A model generated the notes under the pieces. It saw only the letters and a list, made by a program, of their open reading frames with translations. It did no database searches and was not told where the DNA came from. 64,000 bases of DNA from Planctomyces sp. (GTDB lineage Bacteria > Planctomycetota > Planctomycetia > Planctomycetales > Planctomycetaceae), in NCBI GenBank assembly GCA_027483405.1, contig JAIXUU010000025.1, positions 11,072 through 75,071 of the forward strand, given 5' to 3'. The position numbers were made by a program, and so were the translations under genes. Shown in pieces: positions 39,726 through 49,959 of this stretch; position 1 is the first letter of the stretch, and the number at the start of each line of letters is the position of its first letter.

Positions 39726-39876
39726 GATAGAACCTTGGGTGAGGACGAGTGGAATGTGACTGGTCAGTGATTGAACAGAATGGCGAACACCATTCGTGGG
39801 CATAACGCCTGAATACTATCGATACCGCAACCTCGACTTCAAGGTGGTGCTGCTCGGTTTGAAAAGGACTTTCTCC

Positions 39877-40815
39877 ATGAGTTTTGACCTCGTTGGTCTG
39901 GGTGAGTTGTTATGGGATTGTTTGCCTGAAGGCCGGGTGATGGGTGGCGCCCCCGGGAATGTGGTGTTTCATGCCCAGCAGCTCGGACTGAATGCAGCAC
40001 TGGCGACACGAATTGGGAACGACTCGGCCGGTCGCGACCTGTTGCAGCAGGTGAAGTCCCTCGGGCTGCCCACACATTTGATGCAGATTGATGCTCACAG
40101 ACCGACGAGCCTCGTCACGATAGAACTTGATCAAACCGGGTCTGCGACATATGTCTTTACTCCCGATTGTGCCTGGGATGGTCTTGAGCAGTCGCCACTC
40201 TGGCTGGAAGCGTGTGCCTCGGCCCGGTCGATCTGCTTTGGATCACTGGCGCAGCGCGGCAAGCGATCTCATCAGACGATCTGGTCCTGCCTGAAAATCT
40301 CCCGTGAAAAATCACCAGCAGCTTGCCGCCTGTTTGATATCAATCTCAGGGCACCTCATATCGATCGTGAGGCGATCGTTGCCTCGTTGCGACTGACGTC
40401 AGCCTTGAAGCTGAATGAGGATGAATGGCCTGTATTAATGGGCATGCTGGAAAGTTCGCCTCAGGGAGTTCCATCGACCACATTTGAGAAAGCTTCGGCA
40501 GAAGTGGTCTTCAAGAAATTCCCTGAATTACAGTGGATTTGTGTGACGCAGGGCAAAGCGGGATTGAGTCTCTGTACTCGAGAGGAGTGGGTCAAAGTGC
40601 CCGGGCAATCCATTCAAGTCGTGGATACCGTCGGCGCTGGCGATGCTACTTCCGCCGGTTTGATCTATGGGCATTTGCAGAACTGGCCACTCGTAAAAAC
40701 CGCTCGATTTGCCAATACGTTGGGTGGCCTGGTCGCAAGTCATCGAGGGGCTACGCCACGATTACCGTTACAACAATTGGCGGCCCAATTTGAGGTTTGC
40801 CAATTTGAAGTTTGA
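39877..40815 (+). CDS. PfkB-family carbohydrate kinase (fructokinase-like)
   Basis: GLGELLWD, GGAPGN, FDINLR, KLNEDE, DTVGAGD. Confidence 0.92.
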   Translation: MSFDLVGLGELLWDCLPEGRVMGGAPGNVVFHAQQLGLNAALATRIGNDSAGRDLLQQVKSLGLPTHLMQIDAHRPTSLVTIELDQTGSATYVFTPDCAWDGLEQSPLWLEACASARSICFGSLAQRGKRSHQTIWSCLKISREKSPAACRLFDINLRAPHIDREAIVASLRLTSALKLNEDEWPVLMGMLESSPQGVPSTTFEKASAEVVFKKFPELQWICVTQGKAGLSLCTREEWVKVPGQSIQVVDTVGAGDATSAGLIYGHLQNWPLVKTARFANTLGGLVASHRGATPRLPLQQLAAQFEVCQFEV

Positions 40816-40863
40816 TTGGCGGGATGATTCAATTCTGGTCATCCAGATGCGACCTGTGCTGAA

Positions 40864-41529
40864 TTACTGCTCAACGTGAAAAATCAGTTGTTCGGAGGGA
40901 TATCGAACCTTCGCTGCAGCGGCATATTTGTCATCTTCAGCACGATATCCGAGCGTGCAGACAACGACAGTCTCGTAGCCATCTTTGCGACAATCCAGAA
41001 TCTCGTCGTATTTGGCAGGAATAATCCCTTCCATCGGGCAGGTATCGATGCCGATGAGCGCAGCAGCCGTCATCAGATTTCCCAGGGCAATATAGACCTG
41101 TCGTATGTTCCATTCGCGTACGGTCATACCCGCAGGAGGATTCTGAAGTGAGTTGATAATGACATTTTTCAGACCGGCAAGAGATTCGAGAGGAACCTGC
41201 CGCGTTGTGGAGATGGAATGCATGTATCGTTCGACATCTTCCGTTGTGAGTTCGCTTTTTGCAGTCAGCACCACGACATGCGAGGCGTCGCGAACCTGAG
41301 TCTGCCCCCAGGAAATGGCTGGAAACTGACTTTTGACAGTCATATCTGTCACCACATAAAAGCGCCAGGGCTGCAGGCCAAAAGATGAAGGCGTGAGAAC
41401 AAGTGACTCTTCGAGAACCTTCCACGTGTGATCAGGGATTTTCTTGTGGCTGTCGAATTTTTTGACCGCATACCGCCATTGAAGAGCCTGGTGAAGATGC
41501 TCGGGAGAAATAGGGTGAGTCACGATCAA
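40864..41529 (-). CDS. Nitroreductase-family NAD(P)H-dependent oxidoreductase
   Basis: WRYAVKKFD, TPSSFGLQPW, IDTCPMEG, LGYR. Confidence 0.92.
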   Translation of the reverse strand: MIVTHPISPEHLHQALQWRYAVKKFDSHKKIPDHTWKVLEESLVLTPSSFGLQPWRFYVVTDMTVKSQFPAISWGQTQVRDASHVVVLTAKSELTTEDVERYMHSISTTRQVPLESLAGLKNVIINSLQNPPAGMTVREWNIRQVYIALGNLMTAAALIGIDTCPMEGIIPAKYDEILDCRKDGYETVVVCTLGYRAEDDKYAAAAKVRYPSEQLIFHVEQ

Positions 41530-41671
41530 CAGCCTTTCCGGGCGAGCGTACTTAATGCTTAGATGGACGAACTACAAATTATAAATCGGAAGGAGAGTTC
41601 GCCAATCGGCCAGGCTGTGAATGTTTTGAAATGAGCCTGACGATGAAAACTGCGAGACGTATCTCTGTAAA

Positions 41672-42580
41672 TCAATTTTGAATGAGCGGCCCAGCGGCAG
41701 AGCGTTGGACACTTGTTAATTCAGCCAGATTTGACTGGATTGTGCGACAGAAGTCTTCGAGTGGCAAGTCGTTGGAATCGACGCCAAACGGATCTTCAAT
41801 TTCAACCCCGATCTCTTCAATACCGAACATGGTGTAGGCGATGATGAGGGTCGCCACAATCGTCTGCCAGCCAAAGTCATTGACGAGGGCTAGTGGTAAT
41901 GTAAAGCAATAAACCATCAGAACTCGCCTCAAGTGAACGGTATACGCAAAAGGCGCAGGGGTGTTGCGAATTCGCTCACATCCCCCGAGGTAATCCACCA
42001 GCAGCGTAATGTTCTGATCGAAAAACCCCTGTTGAATACTGTCGATATGCCCTGTTCTGTGGGCCTCGTTGACGAGATTCGTCAATTGGCTGGCAACAAA
42101 CATCGGGGGGTGGAGAGCACTGATTGCAGCATGCACATCATCTGGCGGCAGTTCTTGAGCAATTGGGCCCAGGCTGCGTTCATTTCTCAGTCGGTACATG
42201 GTGGCCCACGAAAAGGCGGAAGTCCATAAACTCAAACGCTGCTGAATTTCTGGAGTCGATTGCAGTAATGATTGATTAAGCCTGCCCAGGTTTCGGGATT
42301 CGTTAATCAGCGATCCCCAGAGTTTCCGTCCTTCCCAGAAGCGGTCATAGGAAGAATTGGTGCGGAAGACAAGCAGCAGACCGACAACGACACCAAGTAA
42401 AGTATGCCCTGTTGCCGGAAACTCAAAACCACGAAACCAATCGGGGAATCGGTAGTGAGCCATGGTGACCACTGTGGACCAGATCACGCAAACAGCCACC
42501 CGCCCGAGTATTTCCTGAACCATAGAGCCGCGAACATCGAACAAATGGCTTGTCCAGCGATGCGGGTTGTAAGGAATCAT
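41672..42580 (-). CDS. Bestrophin-family (YneE-type) ion channel
   Basis: LLLVFRTNSSYDRFWEGRKLWG, CERI.NTP.PFAY, IEEIGVEIEDPFG...NDLPL. Confidence 0.93.
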   Translation of the reverse strand: MIPYNPHRWTSHLFDVRGSMVQEILGRVAVCVIWSTVVTMAHYRFPDWFRGFEFPATGHTLLGVVVGLLLVFRTNSSYDRFWEGRKLWGSLINESRNLGRLNQSLLQSTPEIQQRLSLWTSAFSWATMYRLRNERSLGPIAQELPPDDVHAAISALHPPMFVASQLTNLVNEAHRTGHIDSIQQGFFDQNITLLVDYLGGCERIRNTPAPFAYTVHLRRVLMVYCFTLPLALVNDFGWQTIVATLIIAYTMFGIEEIGVEIEDPFGVDSNDLPLEDFCRTIQSNLAELTSVQRSAAGPLIQN

Positions 42581-42679
42581 AAAGTCAAGCTCTTTCAGAG
42601 TCTGGGGATCATCCCTTCTGGATTTCCCAAAGATTAGGAGCAGAAAGCTCTTGCACGTCAATGATGCAGAAAATGTGAC

Positions 42680-42708
42680 TTGACGTTTCGGTGCCATGCA
42701 GGCATATT
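42680..42708 (+). promoter_or_regulatory. Candidate sigma70-type promoter of the metal ABC operon
   Basis: TTGACG (42680-42685), 17-nt spacer, CATATT (42703-42708). Confidence 0.45.
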
Positions 42709-42718
42709 GAAAATAATG

Positions 42719-42734
42719 TTTTGAGTAATCAAAA
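42719..42734. promoter_or_regulatory. Candidate DtxR/TroR-type operator (6-4-6 palindrome)
   Basis: TTTTGA-gtaa-TCAAAA lies between the predicted -10 and the start codon of an operon encoding DtxR-domain fusions. Confidence 0.45.
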
Positions 42735-42744
42735 ACGCTGTGAA

Positions 42745-43803
42745 ATGGTTATGTCCGCCTGTTTGACTCTTTCCCGCCGAGAATTTTTCCCCTGGCTGGC
42801 TCTGCTGTCGGGGTGTTCGACAGGGTTGAGCAGTCCACCATTAAGTCGACCTGCCAGTATTGTGGCCTCTACGGGAATGGTAGGTGATCTGGTTCGTGAA
42901 CTGGTTCCGTCCTCCCTGGGGGAAGTAACCACATTGATTCGCCCCGGCGTCGATCCCCACCTGTATCGACCCACACGGGCCGACTTACTGAAGGTGCTGA
43001 ATGCACGTCTGATTTTCAGTTCGGGGCTGCATCTTGAAGGGAGAATGGATGCCCTGTTTGAGCGAGCGGATCGACCGGGTCGCCCGTCGATTGCCATTTC
43101 GAGTGACATTCCCAAAGACCAGATCATTTATCCCGATGACCACTCGGGTCGTCCAGATCCGCATTTGTGGATGGATGTGAGCCTGTGGCGAGCAACTCTG
43201 GGGCTGATTTCTCGAACCTTGAAAGATGTTTTTCCAGAGGCTCAGGACGAAATTGCCAGACGAGAAGCCCAACTTTCCGACGTGCTGGCCCGTCTTGACA
43301 AAACTGTTGAGGAGATGGTGGCCTCGATCCCGGAACCTCAGCGATTGCTGGTCACCTCTCATGATGCCTTTGCCTATTTTTCCAGGCGTTATCACATCCC
43401 TGTCGAATCGATTCAGGGAGTGACGACAGATTCTGAACCTGGCGTGGCAGATATTGATCGCCTCGTCGATATCATCACCAGCCGTAAACTGCCGGCAATT
43501 TTTACAGAATCCAGCGTGAATGATCGTGGTTTGAGGGCTGTCGTTGAAGGCGTAAAGGCCCGAGGTCATGATCTTATTCTCGCTGGGCCGCTCTATACAG
43601 ATGCCTTGGGAGAGCCAGGTTCCCCGGCAGATACCTATGTCGGCATGATGCTGGAAAATGCCCGCCAGATCGCGTCCATCCTGGGAGGATCAACTGCTCC
43701 CCTCGATCGCTGGACTGAATCATCTGGCAATACTCACAGCAGCTCCCGGTGTCTTTTCAAATCGCTGAGCCCAGCGGTGAAAATGTGCGAGGTAGACCAC
43801 TGA
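42745..43803 (+). CDS. Mn/Zn/Fe ABC transporter substrate-binding lipoprotein (TroA/MntA type)
   Basis: SRREFF...LLSGC signal; GVDPHLY, DPHLW, TSHDAF.YF, YTDALG (His3-Asp ligand set). Confidence 0.92.
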   Translation: MVMSACLTLSRREFFPWLALLSGCSTGLSSPPLSRPASIVASTGMVGDLVRELVPSSLGEVTTLIRPGVDPHLYRPTRADLLKVLNARLIFSSGLHLEGRMDALFERADRPGRPSIAISSDIPKDQIIYPDDHSGRPDPHLWMDVSLWRATLGLISRTLKDVFPEAQDEIARREAQLSDVLARLDKTVEEMVASIPEPQRLLVTSHDAFAYFSRRYHIPVESIQGVTTDSEPGVADIDRLVDIITSRKLPAIFTESSVNDRGLRAVVEGVKARGHDLILAGPLYTDALGEPGSPADTYVGMMLENARQIASILGGSTAPLDRWTESSGNTHSSSRCLFKSLSPAVKMCEVDH

Positions 43804-43805
43804 TC

Positions 43806-44594
43806 ATGAATGCCGAGAATTCTCCACCAGATTCACCGCTTGTCATTCATGATATGACGGTGGCTTACGGCCGAAAGCCTGTGCTCTGGAATATTGACTA
43901 TGTCTCACCCAGTCGAAAACTGATCGCGATTGTTGGCCCCAATGGGGCTGGCAAAAGTACCCTATTGAAGGCGGCTTTGGGTTTGATCCCCCGGCAGAAT
44001 GGAGAGGCTCTGTTTTTTGGCCAGCCTTATCAGAAGGTTCGACAAAAAGTGGCCTATGTTCCGCAGCGATCCAGTGTGGACTGGGATTTCCCGATCAGTG
44101 CCCTCGAAGTGGCGGCCATGGGCTGTTACGGACGTATGGGGTGGTTTCGCCCAGTGAATCGCGATGCCAAAAATACGGCTTTGGCAGCTCTCGAACAGGT
44201 CGGTCTGGGAGATGTGGCCAGACGTCAGATTGGTCAACTTTCTGGAGGCCAGCAACAGCGGGTGTTTCTTGCCAGAGCCCTGGCTCAGGATGCCGATCTT
44301 TATCTGATGGATGAGCCGTTTGCTGCCGTCGATGCCACGACTGAGCAATCGATTGTGGCCATGCTGCAGGCATTGAGAGATCGAGGCAAGACGACGATTG
44401 TCGTGCATCATGATCTTCAAACTGTCTCGGAATACTTTGACGAAGTGCTGTTACTGAACTTGCGGCTGATTGCAGCGGGAGCGGTTTCCGAGGTGTTGAC
44501 GCCTCAAAATCTGAAGGCCACATACGGTGGTCAGCTTTCCATTCTGGATGCAGTGGGCCAGCGGATGTCAGCGAGACAATCCGTGACCAGTTAG
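43806..44594 (+). CDS. Metal ABC transporter ATP-binding protein (TroB/MntB type)
   Basis: [40 protein letters not shown]. Confidence 0.95.
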   Translation: MNAENSPPDSPLVIHDMTVAYGRKPVLWNIDYVSPSRKLIAIVGPNGAGKSTLLKAALGLIPRQNGEALFFGQPYQKVRQKVAYVPQRSSVDWDFPISALEVAAMGCYGRMGWFRPVNRDAKNTALAALEQVGLGDVARRQIGQLSGGQQQRVFLARALAQDADLYLMDEPFAAVDATTEQSIVAMLQALRDRGKTTIVVHHDLQTVSEYFDEVLLLNLRLIAAGAVSEVLTPQNLKATYGGQLSILDAVGQRMSARQSVTS

Positions 44595-44671
44595 AGTTTC
44601 CAGGCGATTGAGTTCCGCTGGATCAATTCCAGTTAATCGATCAGTTCTTTGAATTTGCTTCAGCCAGAACG

Positions 44672-46111
44672 GTGATTGTCAAGACGATGTTTTCCATGAG
44701 TTATAACGCTCTGCTGGTGCTTTCGGGCACAATGCTCTTAGGGGCGTCGTGCGGATTGATGGGCGTTTTCTTGACTTTGCGGCGTCAGGTTCTGCTGAGT
44801 GATGTGATCAGTCATGCCGCTTTACCCGGCGTGGCGATGGCGTTCCTTTTGGGGTTATGGCTGGCCCCTGAAAAAGCAGGCACACTTCCGTGGCTGGTCG
44901 GTGGATCGATGTTCGCTTCGGGGGTTGCCGTCCTGATCTGTTTTGCACTTCAGCAGGTCAAACCTCTCTGGGGAGAAGCGGCTTTTGGCATTCCGCTGGG
45001 TGGATTTCTCGCACTGGGAGTTGTCTTCTTTTCGATCATTCAGCAGGTTCCTTCAGGAAATGCGGCTGGACTCGAGGGCCTGCTCTTCGGAAGAGCGGCA
45101 GCTCTTTCGAGCACCGATGTGCTCCTGTTGGGCGGGTTGGCAGGGATCGTCGTGATTGTCTGTCTGCTGTTACGAAAAGAATTGCTGCTGATCGCTTTTG
45201 ATCGGGAATTTGCCATTGCTCAGGGATTGCCTGTCGCTTTGCTGGATATGTTGCTGACTGGGATGACAGCTGCCATTTGTGTGCTGGCTCTGCCGATGGT
45301 GGGGTTTTTACTGGTGGTGGCATTGATGGTGACACCGGCTGCAGCGGCGCGGTTCTGGTCTGATCGACTGGGACTGATGATCCCGGTTTCTGTAATGCTG
45401 GGGATGGTGTCTGCAGGGCTGGGAACACTGATCAGCGGTCAGCTGGAGTATGTTCCGACAGGGCCGGCGATTGTCCTCTGTGCCACAATGTTCTTTGCGA
45501 TCAGTGTCTGCTTTGGCTGGTCACATGGCGTTGTCTACCAGTGGTGGAGTCGTCGATTGCTGAAGCAGGAGCAGTTGCTGGACGACCTGTTGCGAAGTAC
45601 CTACGAAGAATTCGAAGCGGCAACGGCGAAACTCCATTCTCCAACGATGGCTCCAGCGGAAACTGGTCAACAAGACTTGAATCAACAGTCGCTGGACAAG
45701 CGTTTGAGCGGTGTTCATCCATGGGCCGGGGCCCCGGAAGAATTCTGGTTGCATCAGGAGGTTTGCTTTCCGAAATCGATACCCACGAAAGATCTGTCGC
45801 TCCTTAAACAGAATGCAGTGAATCGAGGCTGTTTAAGAATCGATAGTGCGGGTCAATGGCGAATGACTGAACTGGGCTGGCAGAAAGCGAAGGCTGTTGT
45901 TTTGCGACATCGCCTGCTGGAATTGTATTTGATTGAACATGCTGAATTTCCTCCGGCTCAAGGTGATCGGACTGCCGACCTACTGGAACATGCTCTGGGG
46001 CCGCACACCGTCGATGAACTGAAGATCCTGCTTCGAATTGACTTTGGGCAAGGGGTCATTCGCAGTCCCCATCCGTTGGAAGCGACGTCAATTCGTGAAG
46101 TTTCTCCTTGA
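44672..46111 (+). CDS. Metal ABC permease fused to a C-terminal DtxR/MntR-like domain
   Basis: SDVISHAALPG, L.G.LFG, P.AAAR, GP.IV; tail MTELG...VLRHRLLELYL...LEH...SPH. Confidence 0.9.
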   Translation: MIVKTMFSMSYNALLVLSGTMLLGASCGLMGVFLTLRRQVLLSDVISHAALPGVAMAFLLGLWLAPEKAGTLPWLVGGSMFASGVAVLICFALQQVKPLWGEAAFGIPLGGFLALGVVFFSIIQQVPSGNAAGLEGLLFGRAAALSSTDVLLLGGLAGIVVIVCLLLRKELLLIAFDREFAIAQGLPVALLDMLLTGMTAAICVLALPMVGFLLVVALMVTPAAAARFWSDRLGLMIPVSVMLGMVSAGLGTLISGQLEYVPTGPAIVLCATMFFAISVCFGWSHGVVYQWWSRRLLKQEQLLDDLLRSTYEEFEAATAKLHSPTMAPAETGQQDLNQQSLDKRLSGVHPWAGAPEEFWLHQEVCFPKSIPTKDLSLLKQNAVNRGCLRIDSAGQWRMTELGWQKAKAVVLRHRLLELYLIEHAEFPPAQGDRTADLLEHALGPHTVDELKILLRIDFGQGVIRSPHPLEATSIREVSP

Positions 46112-46161
46112 AAACAACTGTGATGAAATTGCCAACCTTGATTGTGACATGAATTAAATCC

Positions 46162-47538
46162 ATGGAGTTACTGACACAAATCCTGCAGGCACTTTCCACC
46201 TGGTGTCTGATTGATACCTGGATGGTGGTGATGGCTGCATTGGTGGCCATGGCTTGTGCTATTCCGGGCTCATTTCTGGTTTTGCGCAGGCAGTCCTTAC
46301 TGGCCGATGGCGTGAGTCATGCTGCTTTGCCGGGCGTAGTCGTGGCATTTCTCTTGAGTGGATTATTACCAGCCGGAAGTGGCTGGAGTGTGGTCATTCT
46401 TTTAGCGGGAGCAGCAGTTTCAGGGATACTGGCTTCCGTCCTGATTGAACAACTGCAGAAATTGCGAACGATCCACGCAGATACCGCTTTGGGCATTGTT
46501 TTTACTACATTGTTTGCTGTAGGCCTGCTGCTGTTAAGAACACTGGCCGATCGAATTCATCTCGATCCGGCCTGTATTGTGTTTGGCAATCTGGAGGTTG
46601 CAGTCGTTGAGACCTTTGCAGGAACCAGCCTCCCCATTGGTGTTGTAGTGGCCTTGGTGACGTTGGTTCTCAATCTGACCTGTCTATCGCTCTTTTATAA
46701 AGAACTGCTGATCTCGACGTTTGATACCGTGTTCGCTGAGTCGATAGGAATCGCCGCTTCCCGTGTTCAACTCCTGCTGGCGGTGCTGGTGGCGGTGACA
46801 ATTGTGGGGGCGTTTCAAACGGTGGGAAGTCTGCTGGTCTTGGGGATGCTGGTGATTCCCCCTGCCACAGCGAGGCTGCTGACATACCATTTTCCATCGA
46901 TGATACTGCTGTCGATGGGCATTGGATTGTTTTCGGCTGTGATGGGGCATGTGTTGGCCATCAGTCTCGTTGGCCCACTGCTGGCGTCTATTGGTGTGGA
47001 CGGGATAGAAGCTGTCAGTACAAGTGGCATGATGGTTCTCGTGGCCAGTGGATGCCTGCTGCTGGCGCTCCTGTTGAGTCCCGAATATGGAGCGTTGAGC
47101 CGGCTGGGTCAGCAGATGCGTACCCAGATGCGAATTGCAGAAGAAGACCTGCTGGCGGTCCTCTATCGATTGGAGGAGGCCGGCCGACAGGTTTCGACGA
47201 AAGATCTGGCATCTCTGGTGGCGGAATCGACAGGGCAGCCCGCCTGGAGAATCTGGGCCGCAAGTCGGCAATTGATCAGGAGAGGAGCCATGTCATACGA
47301 AGATCAACATTATGTGCTGACTGAGATTGGCCGTCAGGGAGGGCGACAGATCGTGCGTGCACATCGACTCTGGGAGACATTTCTGGCTCAGCGATTGGGT
47401 TTACGCCCCGAGCAATGGCACGATAATGCCAGCCGAGCGGAACATTACATTTCTTCGGAACTGCGTCATGAACTTTCGAACGATCTGATGCGACCCGATC
47501 AGGACCCTCAAGGTCGGCAGATTCCACCTGAAAGTTGA
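46162..47538 (+). CDS. Second metal ABC permease fused to a C-terminal DtxR/MntR-like domain
   Basis: ADGVSHAALPG, VG.LLV..ML.IPPA.AR; tail EEDLL..LY...LTEIG...IVRAHRLWETFL...H..A...EHY...DPQG..IP. Confidence 0.92.
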   Translation: MELLTQILQALSTWCLIDTWMVVMAALVAMACAIPGSFLVLRRQSLLADGVSHAALPGVVVAFLLSGLLPAGSGWSVVILLAGAAVSGILASVLIEQLQKLRTIHADTALGIVFTTLFAVGLLLLRTLADRIHLDPACIVFGNLEVAVVETFAGTSLPIGVVVALVTLVLNLTCLSLFYKELLISTFDTVFAESIGIAASRVQLLLAVLVAVTIVGAFQTVGSLLVLGMLVIPPATARLLTYHFPSMILLSMGIGLFSAVMGHVLAISLVGPLLASIGVDGIEAVSTSGMMVLVASGCLLLALLLSPEYGALSRLGQQMRTQMRIAEEDLLAVLYRLEEAGRQVSTKDLASLVAESTGQPAWRIWAASRQLIRRGAMSYEDQHYVLTEIGRQGGRQIVRAHRLWETFLAQRLGLRPEQWHDNASRAEHYISSELRHELSNDLMRPDQDPQGRQIPPES

Positions 47539-47647
47539 GAGCTAAAACTTGATGAGATCATGCATTCAAGCATCAATCACTCTGAATTTTCCGTGGGGTT
47601 GTTACACTTGAATTCAGATGGAATCCCTTGGAATCGACAGGATGAAC

Positions 47648-48115
47648 ATGGCTCGCAAAAAAACGATATCAGCAAATGAGGGCCCCTCTTTTGAAGAGGC
47701 CCTTGAGGAACTTCAAGGGATCGTTGATCAGCTGGATGAAGGCCAGTTACCACTGAACGACGCTCTTCAAGGGTTTGAGCGCGGCATTCATCTGTATCGG
47801 GTTTGTAGCGAAATTCTGGAAAACGCTGAATCGAAAGTTGAGATGCTGCAGTCGCAGCTGAAAGGATCCGGGCCAGAGGCAATTCCCGTCGATTCGATCA
47901 TTAAAAGCACCATTGATACCAGCCTCGAAAAGACTTCGCCGATGTCGTCAGATCGCACGGAGGCCACCTTGAGCCGTGATCCAGCCACAGTGCCAGAGGC
48001 ACCTTTTGATGCACAAGTTGATGCCGATCCAGGACGTGGCACTGAACAACTTTATTCAGAAGATTCGATGAGATCTGAAAATAACTCTCCTCGCCCCAAT
48101 ACAGGGCTGTTTTAA
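47648..48115 (+). CDS. xseB: Exodeoxyribonuclease VII small subunit with low-complexity C-terminal tail
   Basis: SFEEAL.EL..IV.QL.EG.LPL..AL..FERG..L...C...L..AE.KV. Confidence 0.9.
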   Translation: MARKKTISANEGPSFEEALEELQGIVDQLDEGQLPLNDALQGFERGIHLYRVCSEILENAESKVEMLQSQLKGSGPEAIPVDSIIKSTIDTSLEKTSPMSSDRTEATLSRDPATVPEAPFDAQVDADPGRGTEQLYSEDSMRSENNSPRPNTGLF

Positions 48116-48209
48116 TCTGAATCGTGATTCTCCAGACCGACGATTCAGTGATAAACATGATTTTCGCAGGGCCTGCATTACTACGGGATGAGCCTCGTTT
48201 CTGCACTGG

Positions 48210-49457
48210 ATGGGAGTTTTCGTGAACCAGGAACGCTCACATCAGCCACCGCTCGCCAATAGCAGACAGCAAAACGTCGCTCAGCTCAGTTCTCAAAAGT
48301 TGAGTTCAACGCAGATTACAGCGGCACAGTGGTCTCCGGCTGGACGTTCTGCGATTGCACTGGTTCGTGTTCACGGCGATTTAAGTCGCCTGAGTTCTTC
48401 GGCTCAACAATTGTTTCACTCTGCAGGGCAGGTCAACTGGACCAGTCTTCCCGAGAAAAGTGTGCATTATGGCCACTGGGGGCAAGAACATGCTGAAGGG
48501 GTCGTCCTGACTCAAATTGAAAAGGATGTGCTGGAAATCTCCTGTCATGGAGGGACTGCTGCGGTCGAAAACCTTTTGACTTCGCTGCAGGGAATTGGCG
48601 TGATCGTGCAGTCGTGGCAGCAGCAACTCGCCTCCCGCAAAAACTATCTGGTTGCAGAATGCACAGAGGTGCTCACTCGTGCTGTGACTGTCAAATCGGC
48701 TCAATTGATTCTGGCTCACAGTCTCGAAAAACTCCCGGAATTCGCAGCAGATATCAACTGGCCTGCGGATGAACGATCGCGAAATGAAGCGATCCGATCG
48801 GTGGAGTTGAGTCTCAAATGGTGGGAGACCGGTCGGCGTCTGACAGAAGGCTGGGTCGTCTCGATCGTTGGTTTGCCCAATGCCGGAAAATCGAGCCTGA
48901 TCAATCAACTGCTGGGATACGAGCGTTCCATTGTGATTGATCAACCAGGGACCACGCGGGATATTGTACGGGCTTCAACTGCGATCGGTGGCTGGCTGGT
49001 TCATCTGGCCGATACCGCAGGTGTTCGCGAAAGTGAAGATCCGCTCGAAGCGGAAGGCATCCAGAAGACGATGACCACTGCCGGGCAGGCGGATCTGGTG
49101 ATGTATGTGGTCGATGCCAGTCAATCATTGCAGGCCGCTGACGTACAGCTTTCCCGCCAGTTTCGCGATGTGGTAATCCTCCTTAACAAGTGCGATCTCC
49201 CCATGGACCGCGACGTCCTGCAACAATGGCCAGACGCCCTGCCCATTTCGACAGTGACGTCTCAAGGCATCATGCCGCTTCTGGACATCCTGGCGCGACG
49301 ACTCATGCGTCGTGGCCCTGCACCAGACGTCATGATTCCCGTGACCATGCGACAGCAGAGTTGCCTGCAGAAAATTCTGACAGCACTCAAGGCTTCAAAT
49401 ATCGACCAATATCTGTTGGCAAAACATGAGCTGGCCACTGGAAATTGCTCGAACTGA
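48210..49457 (+). CDS. MnmE/TrmE-like GTPase, shortened and lacking the C-terminal FCxGK motif
   Basis: SPAGRSAIALVRV, EISCHGG, GLPNAGKSS, PGTTRD, DTAG, NKCD, ISTV. Confidence 0.8.
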   Translation: MGVFVNQERSHQPPLANSRQQNVAQLSSQKLSSTQITAAQWSPAGRSAIALVRVHGDLSRLSSSAQQLFHSAGQVNWTSLPEKSVHYGHWGQEHAEGVVLTQIEKDVLEISCHGGTAAVENLLTSLQGIGVIVQSWQQQLASRKNYLVAECTEVLTRAVTVKSAQLILAHSLEKLPEFAADINWPADERSRNEAIRSVELSLKWWETGRRLTEGWVVSIVGLPNAGKSSLINQLLGYERSIVIDQPGTTRDIVRASTAIGGWLVHLADTAGVRESEDPLEAEGIQKTMTTAGQADLVMYVVDASQSLQAADVQLSRQFRDVVILLNKCDLPMDRDVLQQWPDALPISTVTSQGIMPLLDILARRLMRRGPAPDVMIPVTMRQQSCLQKILTALKASNIDQYLLAKHELATGNCSN

Positions 49458-49521
49458 CAACGATGGACTTGACTTGTCAGGAATTCTACAGCTTTCAAAA
49501 AACCGATAGCTGCGATCTGTG

Positions 49522-49959
49522 CTAGTGGGAGTCAGTTCGGTTGATGAGAAACGTGGCTGTCTCAGAGAGAAACTGCGTCACGATGTTCGCATAAGGCTGT
49601 GGGAGAGGGACTTCGGCGAGTGCTTCGGTCATCAGTTCCATCCACCGATTTCTGGCCGCTGGTGTGATCTCGAAGCTGGCATGTCTCATGCGCAGCCGTG
49701 GTGCGCCCCGTTTGGTGAGGTAGTCCTGCGATCCTCCCAGTCGGTAGACCAGAAAGTCTGCCAGGCGGGTTTCGGCAGCTTCCCAATCATGGGGAGGATA
49801 CATGCCGCCAACAAGTGAATCATGCTGAACACGCTGATAGAACGCGTGCACAAGTTGCCTGATGCTGGGTTCACCAATGGCAGGAATGACCGTCGATGGG
49901 AGATCCACAGGAGGTACTGTCGGCTCAGACAATCGAATTCGACTCCCCATTGGAACCAC
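49522..49959 (-). CDS. Truncated (2/2) haemoglobin, group II-like
   Basis: IGEPSIRQLV.AFY.RV..D, FL...LGG...Y....G.PRLRMRH..F.I.....W...M. Confidence 0.9.
   Translation of the reverse strand: MVPMGSRIRLSEPTVPPVDLPSTVIPAIGEPSIRQLVHAFYQRVQHDSLVGGMYPPHDWEAAETRLADFLVYRLGGSQDYLTKRGAPRLRMRHASFEITPAARNRWMELMTEALAEVPLPQPYANIVTQFLSETATFLINRTDSH

Noticed and set aside
47850-48115. XseB C-terminal extension as an extra domain
   Set aside because: Ser/Asp/Pro/Thr-rich low-complexity tail with no motif; likely disordered.
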